Shown here in pieces: positions 9,784 through 20,527 of a stretch of DNA of 57,049 bases. The stretch covers positions 1 to 57,049 of the forward strand of contig JBBQTR010000001.1 in the NCBI GenBank assembly GCA_038213095.1. Reading direction: 5' to 3'. The translations under genes and the position numbers were made by a program. The stretch is from Lysobacterales bacterium (GTDB lineage Bacteria; Pseudomonadota; Gammaproteobacteria; Xanthomonadales; Xanthomonadaceae). Below the pieces are notes generated by a model that saw only the letters and a program-made list of their open reading frames with translations, did not search any database and was not told the DNA's origin. Each line of letters opens with the position of its first letter. The stretch's first letter is position 1.

Positions 9784-9866
9784 CGCCATTCCGAAATCAG
9801 GTTCTGCACCCGCAAATGCCACGTTGGATCGCATGTACCGCAATTGATCCGAGTTGCTAAATCCGC

Positions 9867-9903
9867 AAACAAAAACCCCGGCGCGAGGCCGGGGTTTTTG
9901 TTT
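9867..9903. terminator. Bidirectional-type intrinsic terminator after the M4 protease gene
   Basis: AAACAAAAACCCCGGC-GCGAG-GCCGGGGTTTTTGTTT, a perfect 16-bp stem. Confidence 0.85.
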
Positions 9904-9977
9904 GAAACATCCCATGCTACGACTCAATCCGTAGCACGGGACTTCTCCTGCCGACTATCCGGCAGGTATCACGTCAC

Positions 9978-12236
<2,259 letters not shown>

Positions 12237-12471
12237 TCATTTCCTCAAGGCGGTTTGGTTGGCGGGTCGACCCGACGGGCGATCCGTACACTGTTGACTC
12301 TGACATTGCCCGCAGGCGATGACGCCTGCCGGCCGTACGCGTGCCAGCCGATGATCCCGGCCCGCACTAGCTGATGAATCTCTTCCCCCGAAGCTTTGGA
12401 ATGTCCGCCAGTCGCGGTACCGGACCGGGAAATTGCCCGGGCCAAAAGTAGGACGCTCTTCCGTCCTACGG

Positions 12472-12537
12472 ATGTGACGTTAAACGTCACCTGTATGACA
12501 GTCACGCTGCAGTCGCAGCATAAAACGGTGGCGTATG
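12472..12537 (-). promoter_or_regulatory. Shared upstream motif, copy B, with palindrome GTGACGTT-A-AACGTCAC
   Basis: Perfect inverted repeat at 12474-12490. Candidate minus-strand -35 GTGACT, 17 bp spacer, -10 TAACGT. Confidence 0.6.
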
Positions 12538-12553
12538 TGTGATGTCAGTCACA
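12538..12553. promoter_or_regulatory. CRP/Clp-type binding site
   Basis: Exact TGTGA-N6-TCACA (TGTGAtgtcagTCACA, then TTT) between the M4 gene and the divergent inhibitor gene. Confidence 0.65.
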
Positions 12554-12719
12554 TTTCTGGCATGTCGACCGTTTAAATGGCATGACTTTTGGGCTAGACA
12601 AAATTCCGAAGCTTTCAACGACAGCTGGTCCAAGGGTCAGGCAGGAAGTTCCAACCGCCGAGTAGAATCAATCCGGCGGTCGCTGCGACGGCGTTTCTTT
12701 TTTACCTCAAGGAGTTCAA

Positions 12720-13037
12720 ATGAATTCTTGCCGATACGCTGCTTTTCTGATGGTCTTAGCTCTGTCGGCGTGTGCCGCTCCTACGCGCGAAGCGACAGCA
12801 ACCCCGTCCGCCGACACTAACCACTCTCCGTCAGGCGCATGCGATGCTCGCAAGCTTTCGTGGACGCTCGGGCTCGTAGCAGACGATGCACTCATCGAAC
12901 GGGCGCGCATGCAAGCTGGCGCGACCACGGTACGCGTGCTGCGGCCCGGGATGATGATTACCAACGAAGTCAATCCCACACGCTTGAATCTTCGCATCGA
13001 CAACGCACGCAAGGTGCTGGTCTACAGTTGCGGCTGA
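12720..13037 (+). CDS. Peptidase inhibitor I78-family lipoprotein
   Basis: AAGGAG RBS, lipobox LALSAC, and C...VRVLRPGMMITNEVNPTRLNLRID...SCG matching the I78 pattern. Confidence 0.8.
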   Translation: MNSCRYAAFLMVLALSACAAPTREATATPSADTNHSPSGACDARKLSWTLGLVADDALIERARMQAGATTVRVLRPGMMITNEVNPTRLNLRIDNARKVLVYSCG

Positions 13038-13175
13038 TGTTGCCGTCGTAAGCAGGTCGCTGCTGAGATGTGCCAAGGAGAGCTAGGCGAGAATAGGAAG
13101 GTTTGATCAAAAAGCCACAAGAGACTTGTCTTGAGCTTAGGATTTGCCGCGTCGAGTTGCCCAATTTAAAAGACC

Positions 13176-13208
13176 AAAAAAACCCCGGCCGAAGCCGGGG
13201 TTTGTTGT
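13176..13208. terminator. Intrinsic terminator between the convergent I78 and 617-aa genes
   Basis: AAACCCCGGC-CGAA-GCCGGGGTTT with a flanking A7 tract. Confidence 0.8.
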
Positions 13209-13228
13209 TGCAGGATTTGCGCTGGCCG

Positions 13229-15082
13229 TTACGGCGAGATCGTAGCCTTCAGCGTCACGCCCGAGTAGGCCGCATAAGCCCGCACGTTGGCGTAGTACGT
13301 GCCCGACGTCGGCGAGTTGATCGTGCACGTCTCGCTGTTGCCCGTCAGGTACGGACGGCAGGTGTACTTGGTCGAGGTCGGTGCGCTGCCAAAGTTCACG
13401 TACAAGTCCGCATCACCCGTACCACCGGAGATGTTGAATACCACGCTGGTCTTGCCAGCCGGAACCACCAGTGAGTACGTCGACGAGACACTACCCTTGG
13501 CCACCGATGGCAGGGCCACCGACGAACCGCTGCACAGTGTCGTGCCGCTCGGGGTGCAACCGCCGCCGCCCGTACCAGTGCTGTAGCTACCCTTGAGGCT
13601 GACACTCGAGAACGCCGAGTAAGCCTTCAGGTTGATGTAGTACGTCCCCGCGGATGGTGCGGCGAAGGTGCAGGTCTCGGCATTGCCGTTGACGTACGGA
13701 CGGCAGTCGTAGGACGTGTCGGTCGGCTCGCTGCCGAACTTCACGTACATGTCCGAATCGCCGGTGCCACCGGATTGCGTGAACACCAGATTCGACGCAC
13801 CAGCCGGTACCGACATCGTGAACTTGACGTAGGCACCCGTCGCTGCAGACAGGTTCGACACGGTGACGCCATTGGACAGTGCGGTCGCGCCGCCACCTCC
13901 TCCACCCGAGCTACCGCCACTCACGTCTGCGTGCGAGATCGCGCACGAATTGGTGTCGTTGGACCAGCTGGCTTGCTGCGCAAAAGTGCCAGTGCTGAAG
14001 GCGATGTTCGCAGCGCCGCCGGTGGACCCGGCCGCGATCCAGGCACACTCGTCCGAGTTTTCCTGGCCGGCGTAAGTACCGGTGTCATGGTTGGTGAAGC
14101 CGCCCGCCGGGAACTGGTCGGACATCATCTCGTGCCATTCGTGGCCGAGTGTCATCGTGTAGCCATCGAGCGTGCCGGCCGAGCCCGAATTGACGAAGTT
14201 CACACCGCAACCCGCGCCGGAATCGATGTTGTATGGCTGGTTGCTGAAGGCCAGATCTCCACCGGGAGCAGTGACGCCGAAGCCGTCGCCGGTGTAGTCA
14301 TGCCAGGCGCAGTACTGGCCTTGGTAATTGTCCGGGTTCGTGCCTTTCGGCGACATGATGACGTAGTACGTCGAGCGGTTGGAGCCGGTTGCCGTGTTGC
14401 CAAAGTGCGCGGCGGCGCGGATCGCTTCCTGGGCCAACTGCGTGCCGGTGGCAGCGGTCGGTGAGGTGACGCCATTGTCGTACCAGACGCCGGCGACGAT
14501 ATTGCTCTGTCGTGGGATGCGCGTCAGGCCAGAGGCGCAGGAGGTTGCGCCAGACGCCGCGCCATTGCACCACTGGGTCAATTCGTTCTGCCAGGTCTCC
14601 CCGTTGGTGCCGATGCCCTTGAACATCTGCTGCGCGGCGCCCGCTGCATGCGCGGCGTCGTTGGTGAAGGCCAAGTTGCCATTGGAGTCGGTGCTCGAGG
14701 TGCCCCACTGCGTTCCGTAGAACACCAGGAAGACCTTGTTCTGCCCGCTCATCACGCTGACGCCACCGACGCCGCCGCCGGACGACAGCGTTTTCGCGTT
14801 TGTGGCGGCTGCCGCGGCATTCTGGGTCGCGTGCGAATGCGCCCACTGCTGCATCGACTGGTAGACCGCTCTGTTCGGCAGCGCGCCATGGCGGTATTCA
14901 TGCTGGTAGCGAGGCGAATACGGGTTGGTCACTTGCGGGCTGGGCTTGCCGTTGGCTTTTTCAGGCATGCCCGGAAGTGCGGCGTGCGCGTCGAAGCTGA
15001 TGAAACCAGCGCCGGCAGTAAGAGTAGCGAAGGCGAACATCACACTCATGCTCGCCTTGGTGAGCTTGCTTGATCGGATCAC
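13229..15082 (-). CDS. Secreted protein: EXORDIUM/Phi-1-like (putative HExxE metallo-) domain plus two PPC domains
   Basis: Signal peptide ending AHA. Motifs VFLVFYG.QW, YCAWHDY, GHEWHEMMSD, ENSDEC and QQASWSN...C, then a Gly linker and two PPC repeats. GTG start. Confidence 0.8.
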   Translation of the reverse strand: MIRSSKLTKASMSVMFAFATLTAGAGFISFDAHAALPGMPEKANGKPSPQVTNPYSPRYQHEYRHGALPNRAVYQSMQQWAHSHATQNAAAAATNAKTLSSGGGVGGVSVMSGQNKVFLVFYGTQWGTSSTDSNGNLAFTNDAAHAAGAAQQMFKGIGTNGETWQNELTQWCNGAASGATSCASGLTRIPRQSNIVAGVWYDNGVTSPTAATGTQLAQEAIRAAAHFGNTATGSNRSTYYVIMSPKGTNPDNYQGQYCAWHDYTGDGFGVTAPGGDLAFSNQPYNIDSGAGCGVNFVNSGSAGTLDGYTMTLGHEWHEMMSDQFPAGGFTNHDTGTYAGQENSDECAWIAAGSTGGAANIAFSTGTFAQQASWSNDTNSCAISHADVSGGSSGGGGGGATALSNGVTVSNLSAATGAYVKFTMSVPAGASNLVFTQSGGTGDSDMYVKFGSEPTDTSYDCRPYVNGNAETCTFAAPSAGTYYINLKAYSAFSSVSLKGSYSTGTGGGGCTPSGTTLCSGSSVALPSVAKGSVSSTYSLVVPAGKTSVVFNISGGTGDADLYVNFGSAPTSTKYTCRPYLTGNSETCTINSPTSGTYYANVRAYAAYSGVTLKATISP

Positions 15083-15338
15083 GTTGTAGTTCCCCAGGAA
15101 ATTGTGGTCCCGCTTTTAGGCGGTTGGTTACGGATGACGCCCCGGAGGACGTCGCGTGGCCTTCCAACAGACACGCCGAACAGCTTGGCGGCCCTCGATG
15201 CCGCACGGATACACCGCCTCGACAGGAGGCCTGAATCGATGCTTTGGTAATACCCCGTGGCGGAGGGGTGCGCTGAGTAGCGGCGCCGCCGGCCCGAAAA
15301 CTGGACAAGGGGCGGTAACAGATGTTCCTGCACCGCGA

Positions 15339-15408
15339 ATGTGACGGTATGCGTCACATGCGAACTAGTCACGTTGCAGGTGCAGCATGAAAACGGGTTT
15401 TTTTGTGA
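15339..15408 (-). promoter_or_regulatory. Shared upstream motif, copy C, with palindrome ATGTGACG-N5-CGTCACAT
   Basis: Aligns with copy B: ATGTGACG.TA..CGTCAC.TG......AGTCACG.TGCAG..GCAGCAT.AAAACGG...TGTGA. Confidence 0.6.
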
Positions 15409-15595
15409 CGGACATATCATTTTTGACCGGATTGACATTACAGTTTTGTAATGTTGACCTCGGGGAAATATGAATGCGTCACCCCTTGGATGAGGAGAAC
15501 GTCACATTCGCATGGGGTCAAACTTTGCTAAAGCCGAATTTAGGGTTGCATAAGTAGAGATGAGGTCGGGACTTTGATCCCTATCCCCTCACGCC

Positions 15596-16147
15596 CTAAA
15601 GCATCCCGGTCTCGAGACGTGCGGCTTCGGACATCATCATCCGGGTCCACGGCGGGTCGAAGACCAGTTCGACGTCGGCTTCGGCGACGGTCGGGATCAG
15701 CTCCAGCTTGGTGCGGACGTCGTCGATCAGGATGTCGCCCATCCCGCACCCCGGCGCGGTAAGCGTCATCTTGACGTCAACCTGGCGCTCGCCATCCTCG
15801 CGTCGCGAGACGACAGCTTCGTAGACCAGTCCCAGATCGACCACGTTGATGGGAATCTCGGGGTCAAAGCAGGTTCTCAGCTGCTTCCAGACCAGCTGTT
15901 CGACGGCTTCATCGCTTGCCCCGGCCGCCAGCTCCAGCGGCTCCAGCGGATCCTTGCCGATGGCGTCGGCGTCGCTGCCCGCAATCCGGAACAGGTTGCC
16001 CTCGACGAACACCGTGTAGCTGCCGCCCAGCGCCTGCGTGATGTAGCCGACGCTTCCGGCGGGAAGGTTCACCACATCGCCCTGGGGGACCAGCACGGCG
16101 GCGCAGTCGCGCTCGAAACGCACGGGTTCGCTGTTGCGGGAGTACAT
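15596..16147 (-). CDS. sufT: Fe-S cluster assembly protein SufT (DUF59)
   Basis: ITQALGGSYTV, CFDPEIPINVVDLGLVY, MTLTAPGCGMG and ELVFDPPW...MSEAARLETG. Confidence 0.92.
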   Translation of the reverse strand: MYSRNSEPVRFERDCAAVLVPQGDVVNLPAGSVGYITQALGGSYTVFVEGNLFRIAGSDADAIGKDPLEPLELAAGASDEAVEQLVWKQLRTCFDPEIPINVVDLGLVYEAVVSRREDGERQVDVKMTLTAPGCGMGDILIDDVRTKLELIPTVAEADVELVFDPPWTRMMMSEAARLETGML

Positions 16148-16236
16148 GCTTCACGACACGAACGGCGGCACAGCGCCGCGACGCCCTATTCTACCGCCGC
16201 GATGCTTCAGGTCCTCCTTAATCCTGCCTCGCGGCT

Positions 16237-16704
16237 ATGCTTGAGGTTTGCCAGCGATGGCGGCATTGGATGAACGCACTCATGATCGATGCTGTTCCGG
16301 CTGTTGTGCGCCGGTCTCGCTGGTTCGCACCCGCCCTTCTAGCGGTTGGCAGCTCCGGGTTTGCCGCCGCATGGGTGTTGCTGGCGTTCGCTCGCGACCG
16401 GCAATGCAGCTGGATGGCGATACTGGCGGCACTGGATGCCGTCTTCCTGTTGCGCATGGCGAAAATGCCCCGCGGGTGGCCGCGCGCGGCGCTGGCTGTC
16501 GGCGCCACTGCACTCACCATTGCCTTGGCCAACTGGGGCATTGCCGCCGCCCAGATCGGTCGCGCGATGGGGTTGCTGCCGTGGGAGTCGCTGACCAGGC
16601 TCGGCCCCTTTTATGCCTGGACGCTGGCCAATCTGGCCAACCCACCGCTCGATCTGTTCTGGCTGGCAGCGTCCCTGGTGCTGGCGGCGGTGGCGTCGCG
16701 ATAG
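16237..16704 (+). CDS. Hypothetical membrane protein
   Basis: About four hydrophobic segments; fills the gap between sufT and pntB. Start uncertain. Confidence 0.65.
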   Translation: MLEVCQRWRHWMNALMIDAVPAVVRRSRWFAPALLAVGSSGFAAAWVLLAFARDRQCSWMAILAALDAVFLLRMAKMPRGWPRAALAVGATALTIALANWGIAAAQIGRAMGLLPWESLTRLGPFYAWTLANLANPPLDLFWLAASLVLAAVASR

Positions 16705-16713
16705 AAGCGCAAC

Positions 16714-18117
16714 TCAATGGCCGCCGTCGACCGCCTTGAGTTCGCTCACCAGCGCGCTGGCGACGTCCGCACCGTCGCCGTACAGCATCCGGGTGTTGTC
16801 GGCATAAAACAGTGCGTTTTCGATGCCCGCAAAACCCGTCCCCTTGCCGCGCTTGATCACGACGACGTTCTTGGCATTGACCACGTCCAGGATCGGCATG
16901 CCGTAGATCGGTGATGCCGGATCGGTTTTGGCAACAGGATTGACCACGTCATTGGCGCCGATCACCAAGGCCACGTCGGTGTTCGGGAATTCGGGATTGA
17001 TGTCATCCATGTCGGCAATCAGGTCGTAGGGCACGCCGGCTTCGGCGAGCAGCACATTCATGTGACCGGGCATGCGGCCGGCGACGGGATGGATCGCGAA
17101 CTTGACCTTGACGCCGCGGTCGATGAGCTTCTGCGCCAATTCCCAGATCTTGTGCTGCGCCTGCGCGACGGCCATGCCGTAGCCCGGGACGATCACCACG
17201 CGTTCGGCGTAGGCCATCATCGCTGCGACGTCACCGGCTTCGATGGGTTTCTGCGTGCCGGAAATCTCTTGCAACTCTCCACTGCTGCCGCCGAAATTCG
17301 AAAACAGCACGCTGCTGATCGAGCGGTTCATCGCCTTGGCCATCAAGCGCGTCAGCAGCATGCCGGCCGCCCCGACCATCATGCCGGCGATGATCAGCGC
17401 CTGGTTGCCCAGCACATAACCTTCGAACGCCACTGCCAGCCCGGTCAGCGCGTTGTACAGAGAGATCACCACCGGCATGTCGGCGCCGCCGATCGGCAAC
17501 GTCATCAGGACGCCCAGCGCAAGCGCTGCGATGAAGAACGCCAGGATGAGCTCGATCCCCAGTGAATGGATGACCATGCCGCCCAGCACCAGTGCCGCCC
17601 CGAACACCGCAAGATTGAACAGTTGCTGGCCGGGGAACGTGTAACGTTTGTCCATGCGTCCATCGAGCTTGGCCCAGGCAATAATCGAGCCTGCGAGCGA
17701 CACCGCACCAATCAGCGCGCCGACCACGCCCAGCACCAGCGTCACCATCGAAGGCGCGCCACCTGCCGCGGAAAACCTCAATAGTTCGACCGCGCCGATC
17801 GCCGCCGCCGAGCCACCGCCCATTCCGTTGTACAGCGCGACCATCTGCGGCATGTCGGTGATCGCGACTTTCTTGCCGGAGATCCACGCCAATGCGACGC
17901 CGATCCCCAACGCGATCATGATCAGTGCGATGTTCTGCAGGCCCGGCAGCAAGAACGTCGCCACGGTGGCGATGACCATGCCCGTGCCAGCCCAGTGGAT
18001 GCCGCTGCGTGCGGTCACCGGGGAAGCCATGCGCTGCAGGCCGAGCAGGAACAATGTCGCCGCGATGAAATAGCTCGCGGCGGCCGCGCCGTTCAACAGC
18101 GCAGGAATATCGCTCAT
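16714..18117 (-). CDS. pntB: NAD(P) transhydrogenase subunit beta
   Basis: MPQMVALYNGMGG, IGGADMPVVISLYN, VPGYGMAVAQAQH and HPVAGRMPGHMNVLLAEA. Confidence 0.97.
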   Translation of the reverse strand: MSDIPALLNGAAAASYFIAATLFLLGLQRMASPVTARSGIHWAGTGMVIATVATFLLPGLQNIALIMIALGIGVALAWISGKKVAITDMPQMVALYNGMGGGSAAAIGAVELLRFSAAGGAPSMVTLVLGVVGALIGAVSLAGSIIAWAKLDGRMDKRYTFPGQQLFNLAVFGAALVLGGMVIHSLGIELILAFFIAALALGVLMTLPIGGADMPVVISLYNALTGLAVAFEGYVLGNQALIIAGMMVGAAGMLLTRLMAKAMNRSISSVLFSNFGGSSGELQEISGTQKPIEAGDVAAMMAYAERVVIVPGYGMAVAQAQHKIWELAQKLIDRGVKVKFAIHPVAGRMPGHMNVLLAEAGVPYDLIADMDDINPEFPNTDVALVIGANDVVNPVAKTDPASPIYGMPILDVVNAKNVVVIKRGKGTGFAGIENALFYADNTRMLYGDGADVASALVSELKAVDGGH

Positions 18118-18425
18118 GCATCCGCTCCGCGCTGCGCCGGTTTCCTGGACGATTTGAACAACTCGAGCATGCGCTCGGTGACGACATAACCGCCGGCGGC
18201 ATTGCCTGCCCCGAGCAGAACGGCAACGAAGCCGATCACTTTTTCCAGCGGCGTCTCGGCATGGCCGAGCACCACCATCGCACCGATCAGGACGATGCCA
18301 TGGATGAAATTGCTGCCCGACATCAGCGGGGTGTGCAGGATCACCGGCACCCGCGAAATGATGACGTGGCCGGCGATCGCCGCCAGCATGAAAATATAGA
18401 GCCCGACCATCAAGCCGTCATCCAT
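18114..18425 (-). CDS. pntAB: NAD(P) transhydrogenase subunit alpha part 2
   Basis: VPVILHTPLMSGSNFIHG...GGYVVTERMLELF; ATGA overlap with pntB. Start trimmed to ATG 18425. Confidence 0.93.
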   Translation of the reverse strand: MDDGLMVGLYIFMLAAIAGHVIISRVPVILHTPLMSGSNFIHGIVLIGAMVVLGHAETPLEKVIGFVAVLLGAGNAAGGYVVTERMLELFKSSRKPAQRGADA

Positions 18426-18482
18426 CGCGAAATCCCCGTTGCCTGCTTTCATCATAACCGTGCCTGAATCCGCCCGACTGCC

Positions 18483-18510
18483 TGTCAACCGGTCTCCGAG
18501 CCCGGCGTTC
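18483..18510 (+). promoter_or_regulatory. Putative ECF-sigma promoter
   Basis: TGTCAAC-N16-CGTT about 40 bp upstream of the repeat-protein start; fits the generic ECF AAC...CGT pattern. Confidence 0.4.
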
Positions 18511-18549
18511 TCATTGCTGCAGGCTGTTCCTGCAACGAGGAGAAACCGA

Positions 18550-18954
18550 ATGAAACATACCCTGTCCCTTGCGCTGGCAAGCGCGATGTTGCTGATGTCC
18601 ACTGGCGCGGCCATAGCCATCGACCATGGCGACCGCGTCGAGCACCGCCTCGACAACCGCGGAGATCGCATCGACCACCGGCTGGATGCGCGCGGTGAGC
18701 GCGTCGAGAATCGGCTGGATCATCGCGGCGACCGCATCGATGCCCGCTACGACCGCCGCGCCGAGCATCAGGAAGCACTCGGTCACGACAAGCGCGCTGC
18801 CTCCCTTGAGCGTCGGGGCGACCGCATCGATCATCGTCTCGACCAGCGTGGTCAGCGCGTGGAGCATCGGCTGGATCGACGAGGCGATCGCATCGATCAC
18901 CGTCTCGACCGTCGCGGCGCGCGCGTCGACCGTCGCTGGGATCGTCACCACTAA
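18550..18954 (+). CDS. Secreted His/Arg/Asp-rich 11-residue-repeat protein
   Basis: GAGGAG RBS, signal peptide MKHTLSLALASAMLLMSTGAAIA, and about 8 copies of G(D/E/Q/A)R(I/V)(D/E)HRLDxR. Confidence 0.8.
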   Translation: MKHTLSLALASAMLLMSTGAAIAIDHGDRVEHRLDNRGDRIDHRLDARGERVENRLDHRGDRIDARYDRRAEHQEALGHDKRAASLERRGDRIDHRLDQRGQRVEHRLDRRGDRIDHRLDRRGARVDRRWDRHH

Positions 18955-18988
18955 GTCCCGCCACCAACAGCAAGCGTAAGCTGCGCGC

Positions 18989-19633
18989 GTGTCGCCACAT
19001 GTCCTTCAGGATCCCCCGAGGTTGTCCGAGCCTGAGACGGCTGCAGTCGCTGTTGTCGCGGGCACGGATGGGCCGGACAGTCCCTCTCCGGTTACGACCG
19101 AGCATGTCTCCATCGAAACCTTCCTGGCGGACATCGGCGCACGCGCGTTCCGCTTTGCCGAGCTTGCACTGCGCCAGCGCGAGGACGCGCTGGACGCCGT
19201 GCAGGACGCGATGATGCGCATGCTGGGCTATCGCGAACGACCATCAAGGGAATGGACGCCGCTGTTCTGGAGCATCCTGCGCCGGCGGGTTGTTGATCTG
19301 CAGAGGCGACGGAATTTTCGACTGCGCTGGCTTACGTTCGACCACGCGCGCTCCGTCGAGAGACATGACGACGCCCAGTCAATGTCGGTCGATTGGACTG
19401 ATGAGGGACCGGATCCTGCACGGACGCACGAGGGTCGTGAGGCGTATGCGCGGATGGCGGCGGCGTTGTCCGCGTTGCCACGGCGGCAGCGCGAAGCGTT
19501 CAGCTTGCGGGTGCTCGAAGAGCTGGATGTTGCCGATACGGCACGCGCGATGGCCTGCAGCGAGGGATCCGTCAAGACACACCTGTCGCGCGCACGCGAA
19601 GCGCTGCGACGGCAACTGGAAGATTTTCGATGA
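18989..19633 (+). CDS. ECF-family RNA polymerase sigma factor
   Basis: Region 2 EDALDAVQDAM; region 4 LPRRQREAFSLR...TARAMACSEGSVKTHLSRAR. Start uncertain. Confidence 0.92.
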   Translation: MSPHVLQDPPRLSEPETAAVAVVAGTDGPDSPSPVTTEHVSIETFLADIGARAFRFAELALRQREDALDAVQDAMMRMLGYRERPSREWTPLFWSILRRRVVDLQRRRNFRLRWLTFDHARSVERHDDAQSMSVDWTDEGPDPARTHEGREAYARMAAALSALPRRQREAFSLRVLEELDVADTARAMACSEGSVKTHLSRAREALRRQLEDFR

Positions 19634-19655
19634 AGCTTTGCAATGGGGCACTGCC

Positions 19656-20060
19656 ATGAATGTCCACGATCCTCATGCTCAAGAGTTAGATGCCGCGATG
19701 CGCGCACGCTACGCGCAGGCGACGATGCAGTTGTCGCCACGCACGCGCATTCAGTTGCACAACCGTTCGCACGCGACGCTCACAGGCAACGTCCATGAAA
19801 AGCATGGTCGTCGTCCTGCATGGCTACTCGCGACGGCGTGCTCGGTGGCACTGGTATTCGGGTTTGGCATGCAATGGCGCGCCACCAATGACAAGCCCCC
19901 GGCAACCGTGCCGCCGGTGACGTTGGTGGCTGCACAAGGTGCTGTGGTTGCTACCCAATCCAAAGCCGACAGCGGGGAGCTGGTCGCCACGCTCGACGAA
20001 TCTCCCGATCTATATCTATGGCTTGCATCGGACGATGCGAAATCGTTCACGACGGAGTGA
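19656..20060 (+). CDS. Putative single-pass anti-sigma factor
   Basis: Directly follows the ECF gene, with one TM segment (WLLATACSVALVFGFGMQW) and a C-terminal LDESPDLYLWL motif. Confidence 0.7.
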   Translation: MNVHDPHAQELDAAMRARYAQATMQLSPRTRIQLHNRSHATLTGNVHEKHGRRPAWLLATACSVALVFGFGMQWRATNDKPPATVPPVTLVAAQGAVVATQSKADSGELVATLDESPDLYLWLASDDAKSFTTE

Positions 20061-20062
20061 CC

Positions 20063-20473
20063 ATGTCCTACATCACGAGGCGATCCAGAGTACTGCCCGT
20101 CTTTGTTGCCCTGCTGCTAATTACCGGCAATGCGCTGGCGCAATCAATGCCGGCATGGGAGCAGTTGTCGCCCACGCAACGCGATCTTCTGGTCGCACCC
20201 ATCCGCGAACGCTGGAATTCCAATCCCGACGCACGCGGACGCATGTTCCAGCATGCCCAGCGCTGGCGTCAGCTCAGCCCGGAACAGCGCGAAGAGGCGC
20301 ACAAAGGCCAAGGGCGCTGGGAAACAATGCCGCCCGACCAACGCCAGACCATGCGTGCGCTGTTCCAGAAGACGCGCGACATGACCCCCGAGCAGCGTCG
20401 CACACTGCGGCAGCAATGGCGCGCGATGACCCCCGAACAGCGGCGGGCTTACGTGGGACAAAACCGGCCTTGA
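20063..20473 (+). CDS. DUF3106-family periplasmic protein
   Basis: GGAG RBS, signal peptide (ALA|Q) and repeated W..L/M(S/T/P)PEQR helices. Confidence 0.8.
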   Translation: MSYITRRSRVLPVFVALLLITGNALAQSMPAWEQLSPTQRDLLVAPIRERWNSNPDARGRMFQHAQRWRQLSPEQREEAHKGQGRWETMPPDQRQTMRALFQKTRDMTPEQRRTLRQQWRAMTPEQRRAYVGQNRP

Positions 20474-20527
20474 AGTCCGTGCTTGAATCCTTGTGCCGGT
20501 GCGCCCGGATGACGACTCAAGCCGACA

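Noticed and set aside
18600-18950. 33-bp periodic DNA repeats as a possible CRISPR array
   Set aside because: Degenerate, contiguous, in-frame coding repeats with no unique spacers and no cas genes.
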